Virus record (IMG/VR): IMGVR_UViG_3300025288_000047 | Location: 1 to 39,213 of that record | Source of the DNA: a virus | Taxonomy: Duplodnaviria > Caudoviricetes | Strand: one strand, 5' to 3' | DNA: 39,213 bases | In this document: positions 11,087-19,528 of the stretch, in pieces | How positions within the stretch are numbered: the stretch's first letter is position 1 | Layout: each line of letters starts with the position of its first letter | Notes under the pieces: model-generated | What the model saw: only the letters and a program-made list of their open reading frames with translations | What the model was told of the DNA's origin: nothing | Database searches by the model: none | Program-made: the position numbers and the translations under genes

Positions 11087-11120
11087 GGTGCCCTTCCTAT
11101 AGCTCCCAACACTTAGGAGG
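11087..11120 (+). promoter_or_regulatory. Copy of conserved upstream motif merged with SD
   Basis: GGT-gccctt-CCTAT-N13-TAGGAGG; AGGAGG lies 8 nt before the TTG start. Confidence 0.65.
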
Positions 11121-11128
11121 CCCCCACC

Positions 11129-12277
11129 TTGAGCTTCGACTACCAACTAGGGCACTCGTGTCCCCACTTACTGATCGAAGAGCCTGTGTCCTTGGGCTCG
11201 GATCGTAGGTCGATGGTGCCTATTGCTCCCATTGGTAACTCGAACCTTCTTAGGGTGTTGGTGAACAACGAATTATATGTGCCACCTTCAGGCCTCTACT
11301 CACAGGCTTCATTGAAGGGAACTATGGCCGGACCTTTCACAATTGAAGGGTGTCTTGTTGTGGGGGGCGCTTCGGTAGACAACAATGTGTTGACTGTTAC
11401 AAGCAGTACTGAGACACAGACCTTCCGTCTTCCTACAGGTGTTCGTGTACCAATTGATACCCTTCTCCGTATGTTCCGCCAGACGTTCAAGGATATCATT
11501 GTAGACAATGATAAAGGACACCTTGTGTTCTTGGATGTGGCCAAAATCGGTCCTGAGTCCTTTATTCGGGTGGGTGGTCGAGCAGCCACATCCCTAGGTT
11601 TCGGTGGACAGCAACAGGCCCGTGGCAAGGAGATCTACCCAGGTTGGCAGTTGATCCAACGAACGGACACGCTACCTATGGTGGGTCGGAATGGGCAGGT
11701 GACTAGCCACGCTCGTTATCCTCAGTTCTTGAAGCCGTTGAAGACCTCCCCTATGGTGAAGTTGACCTATGTAGCACCTCCAGAAAGGTGTCCAAGGTGC
11801 CGAGGTACCTTCATCGAAAATGACTGGCGGTTCAACCCTCAAGGGGACCTTATCACTATTGTAAATGAGGACCTCCTATATCAGGCTGCGCTCAAGATTC
11901 TTCTGACAAAGAAGGGGTCGAATCCTTTTTATCCGCAGTATGGCTCCAAGCTCATGGAGCGTATTGGGGCTAAGGCAGTGGGGGCTACGGCTACTTTGGT
12001 GCGAGAGGATGTGATGGTAGCCTTGCAGGCTATGCAATCCCTTCAGACCCAACAAGCGAAGCATCAATCCGTTGCTCTGCAGGAGCGCTTGGCCCGTATT
12101 CTGTCCGTGGAGGTCTACCCCCACCAAAGTGACCCAACGGCTTTCTTGGTAGACGTGGTGGTGTCGAATATGACAGGCATTCCTGTGAAGCTTTCGGTGG
12201 TCTTCTCCGTGCCTGGAGCTGTGGCTCTGGCAGGCACAAACAACCTATCTCTCGGCTTAGCTCCAGCCGGGTACTGA
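11129..12277 (+). CDS. Baseplate wedge protein with C-terminal gp25/GPW-like domain and N-terminal extension (CPH ... CxxC)
   Basis: C-terminal LLYQAALKILLTKKGSNPFYPQYGSKL matches the gp25/GPW pattern; immediately upstream of the baseplate J-like gene; TTG start with perfect SD. Confidence 0.75.
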   Translation: MSFDYQLGHSCPHLLIEEPVSLGSDRRSMVPIAPIGNSNLLRVLVNNELYVPPSGLYSQASLKGTMAGPFTIEGCLVVGGASVDNNVLTVTSSTETQTFRLPTGVRVPIDTLLRMFRQTFKDIIVDNDKGHLVFLDVAKIGPESFIRVGGRAATSLGFGGQQQARGKEIYPGWQLIQRTDTLPMVGRNGQVTSHARYPQFLKPLKTSPMVKLTYVAPPERCPRCRGTFIENDWRFNPQGDLITIVNEDLLYQAALKILLTKKGSNPFYPQYGSKLMERIGAKAVGATATLVREDVMVALQAMQSLQTQQAKHQSVALQERLARILSVEVYPHQSDPTAFLVDVVVSNMTGIPVKLSVVFSVPGAVALAGTNNLSLGLAPAGY

Positions 12278-12286
12278 TGTGAAACT

Positions 12287-15200
12287 ATGGCTACTTTGAC
12301 TCCCCTTATTTATGGGCCAGACGGCCAACTCAGAGAAGCCGTTGTCTTCTCTACTACCCAAGGCTCAAGGTTCCTTTCGGGGACGATGGATGCGGATACG
12401 GTGGATATGGAGGTGTCTGTTAGGGGGGGTGCCTTCTCGAACAATGCCGATCTGATCCTGTTTGAGGGGACTCAGTGGTACCTCCCCAACCCAGCAGTGT
12501 ACCCGGATGGTTTGGATCTGACTCCTGGCTTGAATGCGGTCCAAGTCCGATCGATCCTATCCTCTGGTGCTGAGACTTCGGTTGCACAAGCAACAATTAA
12601 CTTGGTTCAGGATTCTGGCCAAGGGGTTCTCACACAGACTCCCACAGGGGTGTCTGTGGATAAGTTGGATGCGAGTGTTCGCATCCACATCACAGGATTC
12701 AGTAACACCACGGGCTTTCAAGGCTACAACATCTATGCTTCGGTGTACCCTGGTGGTGGCACCACAGGGTACCAGCGAATTAACCTAGACACGATCAGCA
12801 GTGGTTCCTATTCAGAGGTTGTCTCTTCTGTATACACTACCTCGGTGGATTCAGATGTGCCCCTTGATGGGAATGGCCTCCCTACCGTGGACCCTATGTA
12901 CTACCAGTTGGTGGGTCAGCAGGTGGATAGCAATGGGGCTCTTGTACAGCAGGACTTTGATGGCACGGTTGTTCTAGCGGAGACAGTACGCACCATTCGC
13001 ACCACATACACTGTAGAGGACGTGCAGTCGATTCAGACGTACTCCTTTGAGCATAGTCGTTCAGCAGGTCCTACAAGCAGCCCTGCGACAATCTACGGCA
13101 GTGCTTTTGCGTCCTTGGCCACTACTGACCCTTTGTACTATGTGGTCACGGCCGTATTCTTGGATTCTACCACAAATACTGAGTTTGAATCTGCGTTCTC
13201 CCAAGAGGTTGTGGGGCATCCTCTCCGTGTGACGGCTACCATTGGCACGTTCCCCAGAGTGGCTAGAAAGGCCATTGTGGAAGACTATATTGCTTCGGTG
13301 TATCGGTCGAATCCACAGGTGCGAGTGGATCCAGGGTCGTCCCTCCGTGAGCAGGTCATTGATCCTTTCTCTATGGAGGCGGAGCGTGTGCGCTTCCTGT
13401 TGGACTTCCTTCACCGAGCGGGATCCCCTGCGCTTCTTTTGGCAGTAGATGATCCGGAGGGTACTGGGGTGTCCGCACCCGTGTCCACAACGGCATATAA
13501 GCAGGCCTTGAAGAAGGCGTTCCTTCTGAACAGTAACGCGGAAGTGCAGGCTCTTATTGACTCCTGCTTTGATTCCTATGCCTCGAACTTTGGGGTGTAC
13601 CGAGACCCTAGCCGTTCAGCACAAGGGGAGGTGGTCTTTTACACCACCACGCGTCCCACACGGACTCTTCAAATCCCCTTGGGTACCTTGGTGGGGGCCT
13701 TCCGAACGACAAGGGCTGCTTCCATCCCCTTGAACCAACTTGCTTCGTACTACGACCCTACAACAGGGTGGTACCGAGTAACCGTGCCCGTCAAGGCCGT
13801 TACTGCAGGTTCGGCAGGTAATGTGGGTGTCGGTCAGATCCGAACCATCCAACCCGCCATTCCAGGACTATCTGTAACCAATTTTTCGAAGATGTCTTGG
13901 GGCAAGGATCAGGACACGAACCTTCAGCTCATGGAGAGGGCCAAGAACCGTTTGTCATCTGTGGACACAGGGACGGTTCAAGGGTTGCTCCAAGTAGCGG
14001 CCAACGTTCCCGGTGTGGTTAAAGCCAATGTGGTGGGTGCGGGCAACCCTCTGATGCAGAGGGACCTGGATGCTACGGGTGTACATCGTGGGGGCAAGGT
14101 AGATGTTTGGGTGCAGGGGTCGAACACCACCACGGTTACCGATACCTTTGCCTTTAGTTTCCAGTTGGCTCAAGACATCCAGTTTGTCCTTATTGGTGAC
14201 CCTGCAGATCTCCAATTTATGGCTCTTGATCACGAACTCTCAGAAAGCAACCCCATTGTGGAGATTTTGGACTACCCTGATTCAGGGTACCTTTTGAAGA
14301 ATGCCTCCACTGGTGAAGTGTTTGATACTACGGGTGTGGTGTTGCTCTCCTACAACACCATCCAGCTGGATACAACGCTGGCCCAACCCGCCGTGGATTT
14401 GACAGATGTTGTGTTGGGGTCTTATCGCCGGAGATTGGGGTCTACTTTTGTGCTGCCTCGCCAGCCAGTGGCAACCATCACATCGGTTGTGGGGGTTGTG
14501 TCAGGTACTCTGCCGACAACCGCCTTTGCACTATACCACCCAGACGCACCCTTGGATAAGGGTCGTTCAACTCTTGCACAGGACTATCTACAGATCTCTT
14601 CGTACACTGACAGTACGGGTGCTACGGTACCGTCAGGGGCTATGGTCTCTGTGGTGAGTGAGTCCCATGTGTTGGTGGGAGAGTACCCTGAGTACTTGAA
14701 TAGCTTGGGGGCAAGCTTCCTTACCATGCGGGTATTCAATGCAGATAGGACCGTGGAGTACAGGGGACCTAATGATCCTTCAGGGGTGTCTGACTTCACA
14801 ATCACCCAAGGGACTCAGACTACCGCTGTGTCAATCCAGCGCACGCTCACTGGGGTAATTGCTTCTGGTGACACTGTGCTGATTGACTATGCCCACGATG
14901 AAAACTTCACGGTGACATACACCACCAACCTAGTGGTGTCCAACGTGCAGAATGCTCTTGAGGCGGTTCGCCATGCAACCGCAGACGTGGTGGTGAAGGA
15001 TGCGGTTCCGGTGCCCATAAATCTCCACGGCACCTTGGTATTGAACAAGGGGCAAGATCCAGCCGTTGTGGACACGGCTGTACGAACCAACTTGTCGAAC
15101 TTCGTCCAAGAGCTGCGGTTAGGCGATCCTATACGTCAATCCGATGTTATCCACATCTTTGAGGCAACTGCAGGTGTGTCCTATGTGACAGTGCCCTTGG

Positions 15201-15742
15201 CATTGATGGCACGAGGCACAGGCTCACAGGTGGTGCGGGAGGCTTTGAACACGAGCTTGGTGAACACGGTTGTTGGGCTCACCAGTTTGTCTACCGCAGC
15301 AGTACAGGTGTGGTTGCTTAAAGACCCTCTAGTAGCCGCCACAACCGATGGGGGAGGTCCTGATACGTCCTACCGTGGTGTCTTCCAGGACAGTGTGGCG
15401 CTCTCCCTCCTCGCTTCTACGGCCACGTTCACCTCTCTGGGGTTGCTGGCAGGTCGAGCGTACATTGTGGGTAGTGGTGGGGCCGTGCTAATGGGATACA
15501 GTGATGATGCCACCTTGATTGCTGCGGGTTTTGTTGACTCCACAGCGAGGCTCACAGAGCGCTTAAATCGGACCGCCAACAGAGTCTTGGTGAGCTTGGT
15601 GGCAGGAGACACACCTGTCAACCACACCTATGCTTGTACCTATGTGGTGGGGACGGATACAGGGGCAAAGAACATTGCACCGGGTGCAGCTGAGTACATT
15701 GTGCTTGGCGACTTTGTGCCCACCTACGAAGAGGATGTGTGA
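12287..15742 (+). CDS. Baseplate J-like (gp6/gpJ-type) wedge protein, 1151 aa, with extra domains
   Basis: AQGEVVF..IPLGTLV..VPVKAVTAGSAGNVGVGQI..VTN..GKDQDTNLQLMERAK..VPGVVKANV, and the later LRLGDPIRQSDVI..GVSYV, are characteristic of Baseplate_J. Confidence 0.85.
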   Translation: MATLTPLIYGPDGQLREAVVFSTTQGSRFLSGTMDADTVDMEVSVRGGAFSNNADLILFEGTQWYLPNPAVYPDGLDLTPGLNAVQVRSILSSGAETSVAQATINLVQDSGQGVLTQTPTGVSVDKLDASVRIHITGFSNTTGFQGYNIYASVYPGGGTTGYQRINLDTISSGSYSEVVSSVYTTSVDSDVPLDGNGLPTVDPMYYQLVGQQVDSNGALVQQDFDGTVVLAETVRTIRTTYTVEDVQSIQTYSFEHSRSAGPTSSPATIYGSAFASLATTDPLYYVVTAVFLDSTTNTEFESAFSQEVVGHPLRVTATIGTFPRVARKAIVEDYIASVYRSNPQVRVDPGSSLREQVIDPFSMEAERVRFLLDFLHRAGSPALLLAVDDPEGTGVSAPVSTTAYKQALKKAFLLNSNAEVQALIDSCFDSYASNFGVYRDPSRSAQGEVVFYTTTRPTRTLQIPLGTLVGAFRTTRAASIPLNQLASYYDPTTGWYRVTVPVKAVTAGSAGNVGVGQIRTIQPAIPGLSVTNFSKMSWGKDQDTNLQLMERAKNRLSSVDTGTVQGLLQVAANVPGVVKANVVGAGNPLMQRDLDATGVHRGGKVDVWVQGSNTTTVTDTFAFSFQLAQDIQFVLIGDPADLQFMALDHELSESNPIVEILDYPDSGYLLKNASTGEVFDTTGVVLLSYNTIQLDTTLAQPAVDLTDVVLGSYRRRLGSTFVLPRQPVATITSVVGVVSGTLPTTAFALYHPDAPLDKGRSTLAQDYLQISSYTDSTGATVPSGAMVSVVSESHVLVGEYPEYLNSLGASFLTMRVFNADRTVEYRGPNDPSGVSDFTITQGTQTTAVSIQRTLTGVIASGDTVLIDYAHDENFTVTYTTNLVVSNVQNALEAVRHATADVVVKDAVPVPINLHGTLVLNKGQDPAVVDTAVRTNLSNFVQELRLGDPIRQSDVIHIFEATAGVSYVTVPLALMARGTGSQVVREALNTSLVNTVVGLTSLSTAAVQVWLLKDPLVAATTDGGGPDTSYRGVFQDSVALSLLASTATFTSLGLLAGRAYIVGSGGAVLMGYSDDATLIAAGFVDSTARLTERLNRTANRVLVSLVAGDTPVNHTYACTYVVGTDTGAKNIAPGAAEYIVLGDFVPTYEEDV

Positions 15743-15744
15743 TC

Positions 15745-17034
15745 ATGGTGACCAAGACCAGCCTGATCCCGTTATCTCTGACCCAAAACCCTTCTCCTTT
15801 GGAGTCGGAGAAGGGTCAGGAATATCTGCAAAACCAGCAGGCTCTTGTCAATGAGATCATGCAGACGTTCATGGCGGTGTTGCCCTCTAACTATGTCTCC
15901 CTCACCAATGGACCATGGTACACTCTTCAGTTCCAGGCCATAGCGGAGCAGCTGGCGTTGATACAGATCTCTGCGCAGGAGATTCTGAAGGACTCGGACT
16001 TTGACTTCACACGGCCTGAGTTTCTTTGGGAGGTCCTGGGCACGGTGGTTTTCCCTAGAGCAACCGAGCGAAATGGGGCACCCATCATCGAAGGGGACCA
16101 AGCCTACAGAACCTTCTTGAGGCAGATGGTCCTGTTGTTGCTTCAAGGCTCCACAGTAGCCTCTGTGGCGTCTGGTGTAGGCAGCCTGACCACGAGTCAG
16201 GTTACGGTGGTGGAACGCTTTCTAGACGCCCTACAACGCAATCCCAAGGGTGCGTGGACCATTGACAACCAGTTTGAGCTGGAGATCTTGGTGGATGGGT
16301 TCCCTACGAGCCCTTTTCTGATGCAGAGCAACATGGGGTTGGTGCTGGAGGCGTTGAAGCCTGCGCATACACTCTACGAGTTCAGCCACCTGTTCCAAGA
16401 TGCCTATGCCACCCTGTTGGATACGGGTGGCATGTCTTGGGGGATGCAGTCGTATTACTACGATGACACCCGTAGGAATCAAGGCGGTGTCCTGAACATC
16501 ACGGGCACGGGTGCGACGTTAACAGACCGCACCTTATTCTCGGATCCTACGAAGAGCTTCGCTTCCATCAAGGTGGGGTCTACTCTGAAGCTTTCGTCCG
16601 GGGTGAATGCGGGGCAGTATCGCGTGGTGGATGTTCAGGCTTTCCCTGTGGGCACCGATACTGTGGGGAGGGCTTACACGACAAGTCCTACAGGATTGGT
16701 GGGGTTTGCAACTATAGAAGGGGCTGTTCTTACCGACCTGTCTCAGGATTGGTCTCTTGCAGAAGAGGGAGAGCAACTGACGTTGAGTGCGGGCCCCAAT
16801 GCCGGGAATTATCGGTTGGATTTCTTGTTGGGGTCCAATGGAGGCCCTCTGTCTAAGACAGGGCTGGGGCCTTCAACCTCGGTACGGGTGTCTTTGTCCA
16901 TTCTTCGATTAGAGCGCAGGATGCCTTATGCCTCCGTAGTGGGGCAGGCCTATGTCGTAGGGGTGGATAGGTTAGGGGTGAAGGAGCCCTTGGTGGTTGT
17001 GGGGGAGGATGTTTCCTCTCAATTCTACTTGTAG
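15745..17034 (+). CDS. Baseplate protein, P2 gpI/DUF2313-like N-terminal domain plus two beta-barrel repeats
   Basis: LPSNY..YRTFL..LLQGST..LEALKPAHT pattern; follows the J-like gene; ATG 15745 has better SD (GAGG) spacing than GTG 15739. Confidence 0.65.
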   Translation: MVTKTSLIPLSLTQNPSPLESEKGQEYLQNQQALVNEIMQTFMAVLPSNYVSLTNGPWYTLQFQAIAEQLALIQISAQEILKDSDFDFTRPEFLWEVLGTVVFPRATERNGAPIIEGDQAYRTFLRQMVLLLLQGSTVASVASGVGSLTTSQVTVVERFLDALQRNPKGAWTIDNQFELEILVDGFPTSPFLMQSNMGLVLEALKPAHTLYEFSHLFQDAYATLLDTGGMSWGMQSYYYDDTRRNQGGVLNITGTGATLTDRTLFSDPTKSFASIKVGSTLKLSSGVNAGQYRVVDVQAFPVGTDTVGRAYTTSPTGLVGFATIEGAVLTDLSQDWSLAEEGEQLTLSAGPNAGNYRLDFLLGSNGGPLSKTGLGPSTSVRVSLSILRLERRMPYASVVGQAYVVGVDRLGVKEPLVVVGEDVSSQFYL

Positions 17035-17123
17035 GGTGAAAATAGCAGCATTTGAAGTAGATCTTGCTTCAAACCCAGGTGTGCATGGGGTGTCTTCACA
17101 ACATGTCCAAATTGTGGTTTATC

Positions 17124-17627
17124 TCAAGGCCCCCTCAACAGTTCCTGGGTTAAACCACGCCAAAGCTCTGCTATCCGTTCAGGTTTGGTCCTCAAAGCTT
17201 CCAAAACCCTAAGGGCATCTGGCCCAAGGGTTTTGGAAGCACCCCAAGTGATCTCCTTCATAGGTTCCAAGTAGGCCTCAGGAACATCCAAACCAACCTT
17301 ACCAATCGTGGCATCCTCTTGCTTGAACAATGTCCAGGGAAGCCCATTCCACACTCCGTGGACGTAGTCGTCACTAGACGTGATCCTAGCCGAATCAAAG
17401 ACCACAGCTGAACCAAAGACCCTAGCCTCACCATAGACCACAGCCGAACCGTAGACCTGAGCCGAACCAGAGACCCTAGCCGAACCAGAGACCCTAGCAT
17501 CCTTGCCAACATAGACAGTAGGTTCCACGGTAGCGGTGTCAGCTACCCAGCCACCTTCCGAACCATCAGGGTTCTGGTGACGATGTGCGGGCACAGGGCC
17601 GTTACCATCACCAAAGTCAAATGTCAT
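17124..17627 (-). CDS. Hexapeptide-repeat (left-handed beta-helix-like) accessory protein, 167 aa; paralogue of 33320..34000
   Basis: Repeats RVSGSA/QVYGSA/RVFGSA; N-terminus FDFGDGNGPVPAHRHQNPDGSEGGWVADTATV nearly identical to the paralogue; lone antisense gene in the structural run. Confidence 0.85.
   Translation of the reverse strand: MTFDFGDGNGPVPAHRHQNPDGSEGGWVADTATVEPTVYVGKDARVSGSARVSGSAQVYGSAVVYGEARVFGSAVVFDSARITSSDDYVHGVWNGLPWTLFKQEDATIGKVGLDVPEAYLEPMKEITWGASKTLGPDALRVLEALRTKPERIAELWRGLTQELLRGP
17197..17240. repeat. 14-bp perfect inverted repeat (plus inner 4-bp stem) inside the 17124..17627 coding sequence
   Basis: GCTTCCAAAACCCT (17197-17210) / AGGGTTTTGGAAGC (17227-17240); inner GGGC/GCCC. 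Confidence 0.85.
17385..17498. repeat. 18-bp tandem repeats encoding hexapeptides
   Basis: GCCGAACCAGAGACCCTA twice exactly, plus degenerate copies. Confidence 0.8.
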
Positions 17628-17643
17628 GGGTGATGGTAACGGC
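17598..17643. repeat. 15-bp perfect inverted repeat enclosing the start codon of the 17124..17627 gene
   Basis: GCCGTTACCATCACC (17598-17612) / GGTGATGGTAACGGC (17629-17643); 16-nt loop contains CAT at 17625-17627. Confidence 0.9.
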
Positions 17644-17675
17644 GGTATGGTGCTTATACCTTCAGGCCAGTATAG
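17644..17675 (+). promoter_or_regulatory. Copy of conserved upstream motif
   Basis: GGT-atggtg-CTTAT-N13-TATAG, followed by AGGAG SD before ATG 17692. Confidence 0.55.
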
Positions 17676-17691
17676 CAGTTAGGAGTGAAGC

Positions 17692-19482
17692 ATGGCGGCT
17701 CGAATTCGGAGTATCAGAAACGCAGATCCATTGACTGCTGTGGATGAAGCAAGCCGTAACGACCTTGTTGTGGGAGATCAAGTCACTGTTCAATCTTTGG
17801 ACGCGGCAACAACCTATGCTTGGACTTTAGTCTTCGCTCCTCAAGGTTCCACTGCCACTTTCACCGGAAGCACCTCCGCTGTGTCTCCTGGGCATTTCAC
17901 CGTGGATGTTGAGGGTGCATACCTCATCCGCCTCGTAGTGGACGCTACCCTGCCTACTGAAGACAGTCAATACGTCCGTCTCCGGTTCCTGACGATTTTT
18001 GGTCAGTTACACCTGGTGGCTGCAGGCGAGCGTCGTGATGGGACAGGGATCATCCCTGTAGACATTGACCCTGAAGGGTGGGCCAATGAACAAAACGCCA
18101 ACTTGGTTGTGCTGAAAGACTTCATCAAGCCTATTGCCTCTTCAGGGCGGGTGTTCTATGTGGATGCTACCACAGGGTATGCAGACTACAACACGATTCA
18201 GGACGCCCTTGTGGCGGCTTCCTCTCTCACCCCTACAGCCGTGGCCCCGTGGCTGATTCTGGTGCGCCCTGGGACGTATGTAGAAGATCTCACCCTGATT
18301 CCTTGGGTGCATTTGGTTGGGTGGCCCGGTAACTTGGATGGGCAGACTTCAAAGGCCGTCGTGGTAGAGGGTTTGCATACGTCTACTTCCACGCTCTCCT
18401 CCCAACAGACCCTGCTGTCTAACCTTCACCTCGAAAACAACGCAGATAGTGCCTTACCCACCCTTGCAAAGTCTGGGGCAGGTACGCTCAAGGTGTATAA
18501 CTGTCGTGTGGAGTCCAACGGTGTGAGCCTTACCCAAGGTCCAGCTGTAGACTTGCTGGCAGGGACGATAGAGGCAGAGGGTTCCACGTTCCTTCACAAC
18601 ATCGCAGGAGTCGCTACAGGGTGGGCCTTCCAACAGGATGCTGCAAGCACCAGCATGTTGCGCAACTGCACCCTATCAGGACCTTCGGGTATCCGCATCA
18701 ATGACGGAGTAGGTGCAGCCATTCAGAGTCAGATGGAAGGGTGTCGCATCCAGTCTTACCACACATCAGGTGTTGCCCTGTCAACCCGTGCCTTGTCTAC
18801 CGAGGTGTTGTGGTGTAAGATCCTATCCGCTGGCACCACAGGTGTACATGTGGGCCGCCCAGCTACGGTGTGGTCAGGGGATGTGTCCACGGCTTTGAAG
18901 TACACGGATGTGTCGGGGGATGTCATTTATGACACCACCAACTTGACAGGAAGCAACACCTTGGGGTTGGGGTCGGTTGGGTATGCCAACCTCACGTTTC
19001 CTAGCACTGCCCCTTCTATAACAGCAACGACCAAAGCCACAACCCTTGACTATGACCCCTCTTCCTCAGGGTTGGATGCTACCCACGTCCAAGCGGCAAT
19101 CGATCGTTTAGGTGTCCTCACCCCCTTGGTGTACCACAAGGAAATGGCTGCCCTTGCTGGCGGCACTGTCACCTATCGCGGGTGGGTGCCACAAGCTTGT
19201 ACTTTAACAGCGGTACGGGTGTACATGCAAGGTGTGAATACGGTTGGGGCGTATACGGCAACGGTCACTAATATTGGGGTAGGGGCATCGGTCCTAACGG
19301 CTGCCACCTTTGACATGAATACCTTGACTCCGGCTACAGTAACAACCTTGGGGCTTTCAGCCACCCCTACTGATCTGGAATTCTCTGCATCAGGTCTCTG
19401 GACATTTAGCCTCACATCGGATAGTGCGGGTTTTGATGGTTCGGAGATATTCTTCGAACTTGTGTTCGCTCTTGTCCGGTGA
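17692..19482 (+). CDS. Tailspike/fibre protein: PKD/Ig-like N-domain + right-handed beta-helix (pectin-lyase-like) + small C-domain, 596 aa
   Basis: YAWTLVFAPQGS..FTVDVEGAYLIRLVV (PKD-like); DYNTIQDALVAA..ILVRPGTYVEDL (beta-helix cap); periodic LSNL/YNCRV/RNCTL strands. Confidence 0.7.
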   Translation: MAARIRSIRNADPLTAVDEASRNDLVVGDQVTVQSLDAATTYAWTLVFAPQGSTATFTGSTSAVSPGHFTVDVEGAYLIRLVVDATLPTEDSQYVRLRFLTIFGQLHLVAAGERRDGTGIIPVDIDPEGWANEQNANLVVLKDFIKPIASSGRVFYVDATTGYADYNTIQDALVAASSLTPTAVAPWLILVRPGTYVEDLTLIPWVHLVGWPGNLDGQTSKAVVVEGLHTSTSTLSSQQTLLSNLHLENNADSALPTLAKSGAGTLKVYNCRVESNGVSLTQGPAVDLLAGTIEAEGSTFLHNIAGVATGWAFQQDAASTSMLRNCTLSGPSGIRINDGVGAAIQSQMEGCRIQSYHTSGVALSTRALSTEVLWCKILSAGTTGVHVGRPATVWSGDVSTALKYTDVSGDVIYDTTNLTGSNTLGLGSVGYANLTFPSTAPSITATTKATTLDYDPSSSGLDATHVQAAIDRLGVLTPLVYHKEMAALAGGTVTYRGWVPQACTLTAVRVYMQGVNTVGAYTATVTNIGVGASVLTAATFDMNTLTPATVTTLGLSATPTDLEFSASGLWTFSLTSDSAGFDGSEIFFELVFALVR

Positions 19483-19507
19483 GCCTCCTATAGTCATGCC
19501 GGGGTAG
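19478..19507 (+). promoter_or_regulatory. Copy of conserved upstream motif
   Basis: GGT-gagcct-CCTAT-N13-TAG. Confidence 0.65.
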
Positions 19508-19528
19508 AGTCCTGTTTGGAGAGGATGG

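Noticed and set aside
11129-17034. Bacterial eCIS/T6SS/tailocin locus instead of a phage
   Set aside because: gp25/J/I-like genes occur in those systems too, but there are no host genes, ATPase or effector-immunity pairs here, while multiple fibres, phage-style accessory genes and a custom upstream motif are present; not fully excludable without flanking sequence
17051-17073. TTTGAAG/CTTCAAA stem between convergent genes as a terminator
   Set aside because: Short AT-rich stem with no separate U-tract; plausible but not distinguishable from chance
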